The notes: generated by a model from the sequence alone, not told the origin. DNA of 64,000 bases from Nitrospina sp. UBA6727 (GCA_002454045.1 DKID01000024.1:2283-66282), one strand, 5' to 3'. Positions 47,665 through 56,106 are shown, counted from the first letter of the stretch. Numbers and translations: made by a program.

Positions 47665-48867
47665 ATGAAATGGGTTTCCGCGCTGTCCCGGCAAACCGAC
47701 ATCGACCGCGCCGTGCAAGAAGTAACCGCAACCGCCATCCGCCAACTTGGCAACGACCACGCCGACTTGACCGTCCTGTTTGTTTCCCCACAGTTCAGCG
47801 AGTTTTACGACAAGATTCACGAATTAGTCAGCCGATATTTCATGCCCGGCTTGTTCTTCGGCTGTTCCGGAGGAGGCATCATCGGCAACGGCGAAGAGGC
47901 GGAACAGCAGGCGGCGCTCAGCATCACCTGCGCAAAACTGCCCAACGTAAAAATTCAGCCGATACAATTTGACACCAACGACCTGCCAGACCAAGACACA
48001 TCCCCCGCCGTCTGGAGAAAGTGGTTGAAGGTGGACGTGGAAGACAAACCGCATTTCGTTTTTCTGGCAGACCCCTTTTCGTTCCGCGGCGAAGAGTTTT
48101 TGGCGGGCGTGGACTTCGCCTATCCCGGCAGCAAAAAAATTGGCGGACTCGCCAGCGGCGCGCAGGCGCAAGGTGGCAACGCCCTGTATCTCGGCGATAA
48201 AATCTACCGTAGCGGATTGGTCGGGGTCGCGCTGAGCGGCGACATCGAAGTTGACACCATCGTCGCGCAAGGGTGTCGTCCCATCGGCGAGCCGATGCAA
48301 ATCACCCAGTGCGAGCGAACCTTGTTGAAGGAGTTAGCGGGGAAGCCGCCGTTGCAAGTGATTCAGAAACTCCACGAAACTTTATCGGACGCCGACAAAA
48401 ATCTGATTCAAACTTCTCTGTTTCTGGGAATAGAAATGGACGCCATGAAAGACAACCCGCAACAAGGAGATTTTCTCATCCGCAATTTAATGGGAGCCGA
48501 CCGAGAGAGCGGAGCCTTGACCATCGGCGCCATACTAAGAAACGGGCAACTGGTACAGTTTCATCTCCGCGATAAAAAAATGTCGGCGGAAGATCTCAAC
48601 GTCATGTTGACCCGTTATCGGAAACAGGGCAACGCCGAAAACGCCAAGGGCGCCTTGTTGTTTTCCTGCTTAGGTCGCGGAAAATATCTTTACGGCAAAG
48701 CCAATCACGACACCGATATGTTCCGCGATAAACTGGGCGAGATTCCGCTGGGGGGATTTTTCTGCAACGGAGAAATTGGGCCCGTGGGGCGCACTACTTT
48801 TTTACACGGATACACCAGTTCGTTCGGCATTTTCCGTCCCGCAACTCCGCGCCCGCCGAAGGAATAA
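47665..48867 (+). CDS. FIST-domain signal-transduction protein
   Basis: AAGGAG lies 5 nt upstream of ATG 47665. The FIST_N/FIST_C pattern ends in GGFFCNGEIGPVG. Confidence 0.85.
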   Translation: MKWVSALSRQTDIDRAVQEVTATAIRQLGNDHADLTVLFVSPQFSEFYDKIHELVSRYFMPGLFFGCSGGGIIGNGEEAEQQAALSITCAKLPNVKIQPIQFDTNDLPDQDTSPAVWRKWLKVDVEDKPHFVFLADPFSFRGEEFLAGVDFAYPGSKKIGGLASGAQAQGGNALYLGDKIYRSGLVGVALSGDIEVDTIVAQGCRPIGEPMQITQCERTLLKELAGKPPLQVIQKLHETLSDADKNLIQTSLFLGIEMDAMKDNPQQGDFLIRNLMGADRESGALTIGAILRNGQLVQFHLRDKKMSAEDLNVMLTRYRKQGNAENAKGALLFSCLGRGKYLYGKANHDTDMFRDKLGEIPLGGFFCNGEIGPVGRTTFLHGYTSSFGIFRPATPRPPKE

Positions 48868-48907
48868 AAAACTATTGCGCGTTGGCTTCACGCCGCGCGG
48901 AGGATTT

Positions 48908-49660
48908 ATGAACGTCACCATACTGGGCTCCGGCACCGCGGTGCCATCGTTGGCGCGCAATTCATCCGGCGTGCTCATTCGGGACGAAGGCGTCAACACC
49001 CTAATCGATTTCGGCTACGGAACTCTGAAACAACTTTTGCATTTGGAAATTACCTACCACGACATTGACCGGATTTTTTTTACTCATAACCACCCCGACC
49101 ATATGTGCGATTTGATCCCATTTTTATTCGCGTCGCGCTACCATCCCGCCGCGAGAAAAAAGGATTTGGAGATTGTGGCGGGACGCGGGTTTCAGGATTT
49201 TTTCGACAAACTTATTGCCGCGTTCAAGCATTGGCTCGTCCCAACCGAATACCAAATCCGCGTCACGGAAATTGATGAAGGGACGAAAAATTTTGGTAGC
49301 CACCGAGTCACCTTCAAAAAAGTCCGGCATATAGAAATGAGCCGAGGCTACCGATTTGAAAATCCCGCCGGCAAGACGGTGGCGTTATCTGGCGACACCG
49401 ATTATTGCCAGAGCATGGTTGAATTAGGCAAGGGCGCCGACCTCATGATTCTGGAATGCGCGATGCCGGACGGGGGAAAAATCGCCGGGCATTTAGTTCC
49501 ATCGTTGGCGGGCAAGTTGGCGAAAGAAGCCGATTGCAAAAAACTTTGTCTCACTCATTTTTACCCGCCCTGCGATATGGACGCCATGCGCGAAACCGTA
49601 TCCGCCATCTACGGCGGCGAATTGGTTTTGGCGCGTGACCTCATGCAGTTTCAATTGTAG
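48908..49660 (+). CDS. MBL-fold metallo-hydrolase (RNase Z/BN-like)
   Basis: Begins MNVTILGSGTAVP, contains the HxHxDH motif THNHPDH, then SGDT and CLTHF. GGAGGA lies upstream of ATG 48908. Confidence 0.85.
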   Translation: MNVTILGSGTAVPSLARNSSGVLIRDEGVNTLIDFGYGTLKQLLHLEITYHDIDRIFFTHNHPDHMCDLIPFLFASRYHPAARKKDLEIVAGRGFQDFFDKLIAAFKHWLVPTEYQIRVTEIDEGTKNFGSHRVTFKKVRHIEMSRGYRFENPAGKTVALSGDTDYCQSMVELGKGADLMILECAMPDGGKIAGHLVPSLAGKLAKEADCKKLCLTHFYPPCDMDAMRETVSAIYGGELVLARDLMQFQL

Positions 49661-49673
49661 CGGGAAGGTTTTC

Positions 49674-49722
49674 GTGGCGGCGGCGGTGAGATGACGGCGG
49701 CGGGATAACGACGGCGCCGTCG
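49674..49722. repeat. GACGG-rich patch (member 10) with palindrome CGACGGCGCCGTCG
   Basis: gtggcggcggcggtgagatgacggcggcgggataacgacggcgccgtcg, 3' of the MBL gene. Confidence 0.7.
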
Positions 49723-49730
49723 ATTTTTTT
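49709..49730 (+). terminator. weak intrinsic terminator formed by the patch palindrome
   Basis: CGACG-GCGC-CGTCG followed by ATTTTTTT. Confidence 0.4.
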
Positions 49731-49940
49731 GCGCGACCGTCAAACAAAAAACCGCCGCCTAACTTTTTCCTCCTCTTCGGTCTTCGATAAAATCCACCAG
49801 TAGCATAAAGAGTCGGATGACGGCGAGAGTTGCAAACAAGCCGAACAAAAGTTGCAACATCGGCGGCAACGCGGCGATAAAATTTTTGATGCTGTCTACG
49901 AGGTAGTCCATATTTTTGGTGAAGAGGTTCATTCCTTTTT

Positions 49941-49964
49941 CTGCGGTATAATCTGCGGTATAAT
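49941..49964 (+). promoter_or_regulatory. tandem duplication CTGCGGTATAAT x2 (two perfect -10 hexamers) upstream of the DUF1566 / cytochrome operon
   Basis: ctgcggtataat ctgcggtataat at 49941-49952 and 49953-49964, 36 nt upstream of ATG 50000. The -35 elements are poor. Confidence 0.4.
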
Positions 49965-49999
49965 TTGTAGCAACCGCTCAATCACAAAAAGGGTGAGCC

Positions 50000-50488
50000 A
50001 TGCCAGCTTTATCATATTTCACTTCGGCAATCTTCCTTGTTTTTGTTCTCAATATTTTCCCCGTCGCGGCGGCAGGTTTTATCGACAACCAAAATGGCAC
50101 CGTGACCGATTCCAATACTGGTTTAGTTTGGCAGAAAGGCGACTCCTTTCACGAATTGAAAAAAGGACTCAACTGGTACGAAGCGTTGGAATATATCACG
50201 CAAAAAAATTCGGAAAAGTTCGCGGGCTACGAGGACTGGCATCTGCCCACCCTGAACGAATTAAACCAACTGTGGACCTCTGCGGGAAAAATAAAAAGCA
50301 AGAACGAAGAAACGCTTGGGCTTCCCCCAGAGTTTGACGGCGGCGGAAGTTATTATATCTGGACCGGGGACGAACGCGGACTAGACCACGCCTGGTATTT
50401 TGGTCTCGGTCAGAAAGAAAATTATTTCAACCTGAAAGATTTGGCGGACTTGGAACAAGGTGTCAAAATGGTCCACTCACGACCGTGA
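50000..50488 (+). CDS. secreted DUF1566 (Lcl C-terminal domain) protein
   Basis: Signal peptide MPALSYFTSAIFLVFVLNIFPVAAA. Then NQNGTVTDSNTGLVWQKGD...LNWYEALEYI...FAGYEDWHLPTLNELNQLW. Confidence 0.75.
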   Translation: MPALSYFTSAIFLVFVLNIFPVAAAGFIDNQNGTVTDSNTGLVWQKGDSFHELKKGLNWYEALEYITQKNSEKFAGYEDWHLPTLNELNQLWTSAGKIKSKNEETLGLPPEFDGGGSYYIWTGDERGLDHAWYFGLGQKENYFNLKDLADLEQGVKMVHSRP

Positions 50489-50507
50489 GCGCGCGAAGCA
50501 AACCACT

Positions 50508-50537
50508 CGGCGCGGTCATCGTGACGGAGGTGACGGT
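50508..50537. repeat. GACGG-rich patch (member 11), contains the SD of the next gene
   Basis: cggcgcggtcatcgtgacggaggtgacggt. Confidence 0.5.
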
Positions 50538-52244
50538 ATGAAGCCAGGATTTTTTCGAGCGAAGTTTATTGCGCTGGTGTTGGCGGGTTGGTGCTACGCC
50601 CCTTCATCCCCGATGGCGCAAGAACATGAAATGGATCACGGGGCAATGGACCACGGGACGATGGACCACGGCGGGACAACGCCCGGGCAGGAATACCGGG
50701 TCGATGAACCCGCGGACCACGGCGACGCGCACCACGAAGAAAATTTGTTCCGCACCCGAGGGTCGCACGACCAAGCCGACCAACACAAGCCGGAAGACGT
50801 GGACCCCAAAACTCTGCTGGCCCGCGGTCGCAACATTTACATGCACATGTGCGTGTTCTGTCACGGAGTGGACGGCAACGGCGGTGGCCAAGCGGTTGAA
50901 TATTTGTACCCATGGCCGCGGGATTTTAGAGCCGGGATTTTTAAGTTCCGCACCACCCCCACAGGCACACTTCCCCGCGACGAAGATTTGTACCGCACTA
51001 TCATAAACGGCGTTCCCGGTACCTCCATGCCCGCGTGGAAAGACGCGCTAAGTCCCCAAGATACCTGGGCGGTGATTCATCATATTAAAAACTTTTCCGC
51101 GCGATTTAAAAACGAACCGCAGGGCGAACAAATCGCAATCGCCGACCCCATTCCTTCTTCGCCGGCGTTGGTCGCTCGCGGCGAAAAACTTTTCAGAAGT
51201 TTGAAATGCGTTCGCTGCCACGGAGAATCTTTACGCGGCGACGGCGAGTTAGCCGAGTCGCTCATGGACGCTTGGAAACATGCCGTGTTCGTGCACGACA
51301 TTACCAATCCGCATTCTTTCAAGGGCGGGCACGAGCCGGCAGATCTTTTCAGAACCATCACCGCGGGAATGGACGGAACGCCCATGGGTTCGTACATCCA
51401 CGTCCCGGAAAAAGATCGTTGGGCGCTGGTACATTATATTCGTTCCAAGTCGGTGAAGGAATTTAAGGAGGCGGAATTTGAAACGGATATTTTCTCGCTC
51501 CCCGTTGATGTGGAACTGAGCACCGACCCGTTTAGTCCAGTGTGGAAAGACGTTGCCAGCACAAGCCTGGTGTTGCGCCCGTTATCCGCGCGGCGGGAAG
51601 CGGTGGAATTCGTCAGCGTCGCTTCGGTAAATAACGGCGAGCAACTAGCGATTCGCCTGCAATGGGAAGACCCAACTCACAACGCTTTTTCGGAACTACA
51701 TTCCGATACATTTCGAGATGGCGCGGCGGTACAGTTTGCGTTGGGCGCGACGACGCTTCATACCCACGGTCACAACGAACCATTTTTCGGGATGGGCAAC
51801 CGCAACAAACCGGTTAACATCTGGCATTGGAAAGCCGGCTTGGAAGAAGCCCTCGAAGCCGAAGACGATCTGGAATATGCCGGTGGCGGCGTGGATATGG
51901 ACGCGTTGATTTTCGGCGACATCATCGCCGAATCTTTCTCTCGCGTTAGTGCCGCTGGCGAAAATCCCGTGGAAGAAATGAACGCGGAAGGGTTCGGCAC
52001 CGTCACGCCGCAGCCTCCCGAAAATCAAAACGTGGAAGGCGCCGGGGAATGGAAGGATGGAGTTTGGACGGTGGTCTTTCTCCGCGACATGCCGAAAACC
52101 GGGAAGTGGGACGTGGACTTCGCGCAACGCATTGACCCGGCGCTAATGGCGTTCGCGATTTGGGACGGCGTCAAGGAAGACCGGAACGGACGCAAAGTGA
52201 TCAGCGTCTGGCAACGTTTCAAAATTAAGAAACCGACGCCTTGA
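50538..52244 (+). CDS. periplasmic dihaem cytochrome c fused to an EB_dh (NxrC/EbdC-like) domain
   Basis: Signal peptide. Two CxxCH motifs (CVFCHG, CVRCHG), each followed by a ..GT.MP/M.. Met ligand context. The C-terminal ~330 aa align by eye with the nxrC product of this window (NIWHWKAG vs NIWQWKAT; MNAEGFGTVT vs LNAEGFSTLT; AFAIWDGVKEDRNGRKVISVWQ vs GIAIWNGQNKERNGQKAITQWN). Confidence 0.85.
   Translation: MKPGFFRAKFIALVLAGWCYAPSSPMAQEHEMDHGAMDHGTMDHGGTTPGQEYRVDEPADHGDAHHEENLFRTRGSHDQADQHKPEDVDPKTLLARGRNIYMHMCVFCHGVDGNGGGQAVEYLYPWPRDFRAGIFKFRTTPTGTLPRDEDLYRTIINGVPGTSMPAWKDALSPQDTWAVIHHIKNFSARFKNEPQGEQIAIADPIPSSPALVARGEKLFRSLKCVRCHGESLRGDGELAESLMDAWKHAVFVHDITNPHSFKGGHEPADLFRTITAGMDGTPMGSYIHVPEKDRWALVHYIRSKSVKEFKEAEFETDIFSLPVDVELSTDPFSPVWKDVASTSLVLRPLSARREAVEFVSVASVNNGEQLAIRLQWEDPTHNAFSELHSDTFRDGAAVQFALGATTLHTHGHNEPFFGMGNRNKPVNIWHWKAGLEEALEAEDDLEYAGGGVDMDALIFGDIIAESFSRVSAAGENPVEEMNAEGFGTVTPQPPENQNVEGAGEWKDGVWTVVFLRDMPKTGKWDVDFAQRIDPALMAFAIWDGVKEDRNGRKVISVWQRFKIKKPTP
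50631..50675 (+). repeat. 3 x 15-bp in-frame tandem repeat encoding (MDHGx)3
   Basis: atggatcacggggca / atggaccacgggacg / atggaccacggcggg, giving MDHGA MDHGT MDHGG just after the predicted signal peptide. Confidence 0.85.
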
Positions 52245-53527
52245 AAAAAAAAGCCCGCGACGGCGGCATAGTTTTTCCAACTTTTCTTATTTTCCTCGCT
52301 CCCCTTATTTTTATAATCCCCGCGCCGCAAGCAAAAGAGTCGGCGGGGTTAGGCGAATTGAACCGACTGATTCAACTTCACCCGCCGCAAAAATTTCAGG
52401 AAGGCATCGCCGCAGGTCCATCCAAAAAAATAAAACTCCTGCCGAAAAGTGAAGCAACCGTTTTCGCAATTCCCGGATTCGAAACTTATGGTTGCGAGGA
52501 GTGCCACCGCGCAGAGCCACTGTTGGAGCGGTCTATCAGCCGCATGCGGAAATCGCTGCGCCGCCTATCCTCCATTCATCCCAACCTTCCGCCGCCGCCG
52601 TTGCGACAATTCATCATCCAATCGTGGTCGGACGAATGGTTGCGCCGCGGTCAGTTTGCGCACGCGACTTTTGACACGGTTCGCATTTTCCCCGCGGCGA
52701 TTCTGATAGACAGCCGGGTGTATGGAAACGCCACCCACCTGCATGAGTCCCTGCATTTGACGCAACCGTTTTTTGGCATCGCCAATGAGTTGGAAGCGTA
52801 CGCGTTAAATATTCGCGCCGACCCGCGGTTCCTGCTTTTGAATTTTCCTTATTTTGCCGACACCGTGACGGCGTTTTTTATCGCGGATTTTCCCGACATC
52901 CTCGAGCGATTTTTTTCCCGCGAAGTGAAAGAGGGGACGACCGTCCCCAGAGAGGCACAGTGGTTTTCGATGCCGTTCGAAGTTGACACGTTGAACCGCG
53001 TCGCGGCGGCGATAAAAAATTTGGCGCCGGCGTTGCGAGAAATGTCGCGGCTAAACCGAGAGCATCCTCTGGAGTCCGCTTATCTCGCGGAGCAGACCCG
53101 CGCCGTTTCGCTGTTGCTTGACATCGCGGCGGCGAAAGTCCTGCCCCTTCCACCGTTGGCCGTGGATTCCGCGGCGCGGGATGAAGCGTTTTCCATTTTG
53201 GCTCGGCAGTTCAACAAACTCGACAACACCCGGCTGGGTTATCGCATCGACCGCAAGCGGGAGGCTTTGATGACGATGACTCATCGTCTGCGGTTGACGG
53301 ATTCGGCGACGCGACTGGGAATTTATTTTCGGTTTTTGAAGCAACGGTTCGTCGCGGCGGATGGAAAAATAAAACTGGTTGTGCCCAACGAAAAAGATTT
53401 CAATTCGTTCGTCGAGAAAAAACGCCGCGACATTGCGAAAATGGCGGACTCTCCAAAACTCACCGCGGTGGAAAAAGAAGGGGCGTTGCGAATGTTGAAT
53501 ACGATTTTGGACAAGCGGAAGTTTTGA
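52241..53527 (+). CDS. hypothetical secreted/membrane-anchored protein with an HExxH motif
   Basis: The TTG start overlaps the upstream stop (TTGA). N-terminal hydrophobic anchor IVFPTFLIFLAPLIFIIPAP. THLHESLHLTQ (HExxH) is followed by NELEAY. Confidence 0.6.
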   Translation: MKKKARDGGIVFPTFLIFLAPLIFIIPAPQAKESAGLGELNRLIQLHPPQKFQEGIAAGPSKKIKLLPKSEATVFAIPGFETYGCEECHRAEPLLERSISRMRKSLRRLSSIHPNLPPPPLRQFIIQSWSDEWLRRGQFAHATFDTVRIFPAAILIDSRVYGNATHLHESLHLTQPFFGIANELEAYALNIRADPRFLLLNFPYFADTVTAFFIADFPDILERFFSREVKEGTTVPREAQWFSMPFEVDTLNRVAAAIKNLAPALREMSRLNREHPLESAYLAEQTRAVSLLLDIAAAKVLPLPPLAVDSAARDEAFSILARQFNKLDNTRLGYRIDRKREALMTMTHRLRLTDSATRLGIYFRFLKQRFVAADGKIKLVVPNEKDFNSFVEKKRRDIAKMADSPKLTAVEKEGALRMLNTILDKRKF

Positions 53528-53539
53528 CCGTTGCGAAAA

Positions 53540-53649
53540 AAAGTTGCGCAAAGTTTTTCGCGCGGAGTTTTCCGCGGCGAGATTTTTCCGCGCAAAGTTT
53601 CCGCGCAAAGTTTCCGCGCCGTTTTTTCCGCGGCGTTTTTTTTCGCGCT
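53540..53649. repeat. tandem array of ~8 degenerate 11-15-bp units, consensus (A)AGTTTTCCGCGC
   Basis: aaagttgcgca aagtttttcgcgcgg agttttccgcggcg agatttttccgcgca aagtttccgcgca aagtttccgcgcc gttttttccgcggc gtttttttttcgcgc. Lies between convergent genes. Confidence 0.8.
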
Positions 53650-53694
53650 GCAAGTTGGCTCCCCGCAACGCGGGTCAACCCCGCGCGGCGCAGG

Positions 53695-54228
53695 TTAAAG
53701 TTTGCTGGCGGGGGTGACGAGGGCGGGCCCTTTCACGTGGTCTTCCAAAGTTTCCGCTTGCACTTTGTCTTGCAGTTTCATCAAGGCGTCAATCACCATT
53801 TCGGGTCGCGGCGGGCATCCGGGAATATAAACGTCGACGGGGATGAGCGTGTCAATTCCCATCACGGTGGCGTAGTTGTCGTAGAATCCGCCCGAAACTG
53901 TACACACTCCGTAGGCGACGACCCATTTTGGTTCGGCCATTTGGTTATAAACTTTGGTGAGAATGGGCGCCTGTTTGTGGCTGATGGTGCCCACCACCAT
54001 GAGCAGGTCGGCCTGCCGCGGCGAAAACCGCGGGAACGCCGCGCCCATTCGGTCGAGGTCGTATCGGGGACCGGCCACGGACATGAACTCCATCCCGCAA
54101 CACGCGGTGATGAAGGGGTAAATAAAAAACGAAAACTTCCGCGCCCAGTTTATCGCCTGGGTCATTTGTGTGACGATCACGTTGTTGCCGAGATTCATCT
54201 CGGTCTCGGTTCTGTATAATCCAGCCAT
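53695..54228 (-). CDS. nuoB: NADH-quinone oxidoreductase subunit B (NuoB/20-kDa), orphan
   Basis: INWARKFSFFIYPFITACCGMEF...GVCTVSGG...DVYIPGCPPRPE (N2 cluster ligands CC..C..CP). GGAG lies 8 nt upstream of ATG 54228. No nuoA/C/D genes are adjacent. Confidence 0.9.
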   Translation of the reverse strand: MAGLYRTETEMNLGNNVIVTQMTQAINWARKFSFFIYPFITACCGMEFMSVAGPRYDLDRMGAAFPRFSPRQADLLMVVGTISHKQAPILTKVYNQMAEPKWVVAYGVCTVSGGFYDNYATVMGIDTLIPVDVYIPGCPPRPEMVIDALMKLQDKVQAETLEDHVKGPALVTPASKL

Positions 54229-54372
54229 GTTGTCAACTCCATGAACTAAGGTTCGTCCTCTATTCTAAAGTATTTGCCGCCAAACATCCAAGAAAAAACT
54301 TCCGCGCCTTCCGCATTGTGAATTGCTGACGAATGCGTTACGCTGACGGTCAACGAAAACGGCGGGCAACTG

Positions 54373-54756
54373 ATGGTCAAGTTTTGCTTACAGTGCAAGA
54401 ACGCGTTCTGGGGCGGGCAACATTGCCCGAAATGTCCCGGCGAAATCGCGTTGCTCGACGCCGCCTTGCCCGAGAATAAAAAATATCTTTCGCAACTCAA
54501 TATCGATGTGCGGCCGAAATATTACGCGCGCAGTTCCATGTTGCTTGCCTGTTTCGGATTCGTGATGGCGTTGCCGCTCGGCGCCTTTGTTTTTTTGCGC
54601 GGACTATCTTCCTCCGGCAATGTTGAACTGTGGGCCGGCGTCGCCGTCGGCACCATCGTTTTCATCGCGTGGGGATGTTGGTATCTCGCCCACCGACTCT
54701 TCGACAAACAAATGGAAGACGTCGAGACCGAAGATAAAGAGCCGCAGTTGGACTAA
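54373..54756 (+). CDS. zinc-ribbon membrane protein, hypothetical
   Basis: N-terminal CLQC...CPKC zinc-ribbon, then two TM segments. Confidence 0.55.
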   Translation: MVKFCLQCKNAFWGGQHCPKCPGEIALLDAALPENKKYLSQLNIDVRPKYYARSSMLLACFGFVMALPLGAFVFLRGLSSSGNVELWAGVAVGTIVFIAWGCWYLAHRLFDKQMEDVETEDKEPQLD

Positions 54757-54812
54757 CGCCGGCGTCATCGCGTCGTCATCACCGTCACCGCGGCGGCATT
54801 TTCGTCGCCCGC
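54757..54812. repeat. GACGG-rich patch (member 12)
   Basis: cgccggcgtcatcgcgtcgtcatcaccgtcaccgcggcggcattttcgtcgcccgc, between convergent stops. Confidence 0.65.
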
Positions 54813-54816
54813 GTTT

Positions 54817-56106
54817 TCATCTTGCGGATTTTGTCGGCGTCGCTTTCCCGCGCGCGCCGATGTCGCGGCGATAATGGATGCCGTCCCATTTAATTTTGTT
54901 CACCGCCGCATAGGCTTTTGTCGCGGCGGCGGCGGTGTCGCGTCCCGTCGCGGTAACTCCCAACACCCGCCCGCCGTTTGTTAAAACTTTGCCGTCGTCC
55001 TCTTTCGTCCCGGCGTGAAAAACCACGACGTCCGGCAGCGCCGCCGCTGCGTCCAACCCCGCAATCTTTTTTCCCTTTTCATAAAATCCCGGATACCCTT
55101 TCGCCGCCATCACCACGCAGACCGCGGTTGCCGGTTTCCATTGCAAATTACATTGCGCGAGAGTTCCGTCGATGCAGGCTTCGAAGAGAGGGACGATGTC
55201 GCTTGCCATGCGAACAAGTAGCGGCTGCGTTTCCGGGTCGCCGAAGCGCGCATTGAACTCGAGGATTTTTGGTCCGAGCGCGGTGAGCATCAACCCGGCG
55301 TAAAGAATTCCGCGATACGGTCTGCCCTCCGCTTTCATCGCGCGAATCAGAGGAAGCATAATTTCGTCGCGCACTTGCTGGCGCATAACACGGGGGAACG
55401 CGGGGGTTGGGGAGCAGGCGCCCATCCCGCCCGTGTTTGGCCCTTGGTCTCCATCGAGCGCGGCTTTGTGATCCTGCGCCGAATCCATAAGTAGCACGGT
55501 GTCGCCGTCGGTAAACGCCAGCACCGAAACTTCCTGTCCTTCCAAAAAATTTTCGATGACCACTTCGTCGCCCGCCGCGCCGAACGATTTATCTTTCATG
55601 ATGGCGTCCACCGCGTCGCGACTTTCCTTCGCGTTGCGACACAGGATGACGCCTTTCCCCGCCGCTAGCCCGCTGGCTTTGACGACAAGCGGGCGGTTTT
55701 CTTCATCGACATAGCGTGCGGCTTTTTCGTGGGAGGTGAACGTTGCGTATTCCGCCGTCGGCAAGCCGTATTTTTTCATGATGTTTTTGGAGAACGCTTT
55801 GCTCCCTTCCAACTCGGCGGCGCGGGCACTGGGTCCAAAAATCCGCAAACCTTTTTCCTGAAAGCGGTCGACGATTCCCATCACGAGAGGTTGCTCCGGT
55901 CCCACCACGGTGAGTCCGATTTTATTTTTCTGGGCGAACTCCAAAAGTGAATCAATTTGGTTTGCGGGGATCGGGACGTTGTTGGCGATTGCCGCGGTGC
56001 CCGCATTTCCCGGCGCGCAAAACACCGCCGTCACTTTCGGGCTCTGGTTGATTTTCCAAACCAGAGCGTGCTCTCTTCCGCCGCCGCCTATCACCAACAC
56101 CCGCAT
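54817..56106 (-). CDS. purD: phosphoribosylamine--glycine ligase
   Basis: MRVLVIGGGGREHALVWK and an ATP-grasp core; 429 aa. Confidence 0.95.
   Translation of the reverse strand: MRVLVIGGGGREHALVWKINQSPKVTAVFCAPGNAGTAAIANNVPIPANQIDSLLEFAQKNKIGLTVVGPEQPLVMGIVDRFQEKGLRIFGPSARAAELEGSKAFSKNIMKKYGLPTAEYATFTSHEKAARYVDEENRPLVVKASGLAAGKGVILCRNAKESRDAVDAIMKDKSFGAAGDEVVIENFLEGQEVSVLAFTDGDTVLLMDSAQDHKAALDGDQGPNTGGMGACSPTPAFPRVMRQQVRDEIMLPLIRAMKAEGRPYRGILYAGLMLTALGPKILEFNARFGDPETQPLLVRMASDIVPLFEACIDGTLAQCNLQWKPATAVCVVMAAKGYPGFYEKGKKIAGLDAAAALPDVVVFHAGTKEDDGKVLTNGGRVLGVTATGRDTAAAATKAYAAVNKIKWDGIHYRRDIGARGKATPTKSAR

Noticed and set aside
53540-53649. The tandem repeat considered as a CRISPR array
   Set aside because: The units are only 11-15 bp and directly abutting, with no unique spacers. 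There are no cas genes in the window.
53524-54219. 231-aa ORF on the plus strand
   Set aside because: It reads through the TTTCCGCGC repeat array and then antisense through nuoB. The NuoB frame is clearly the real one.
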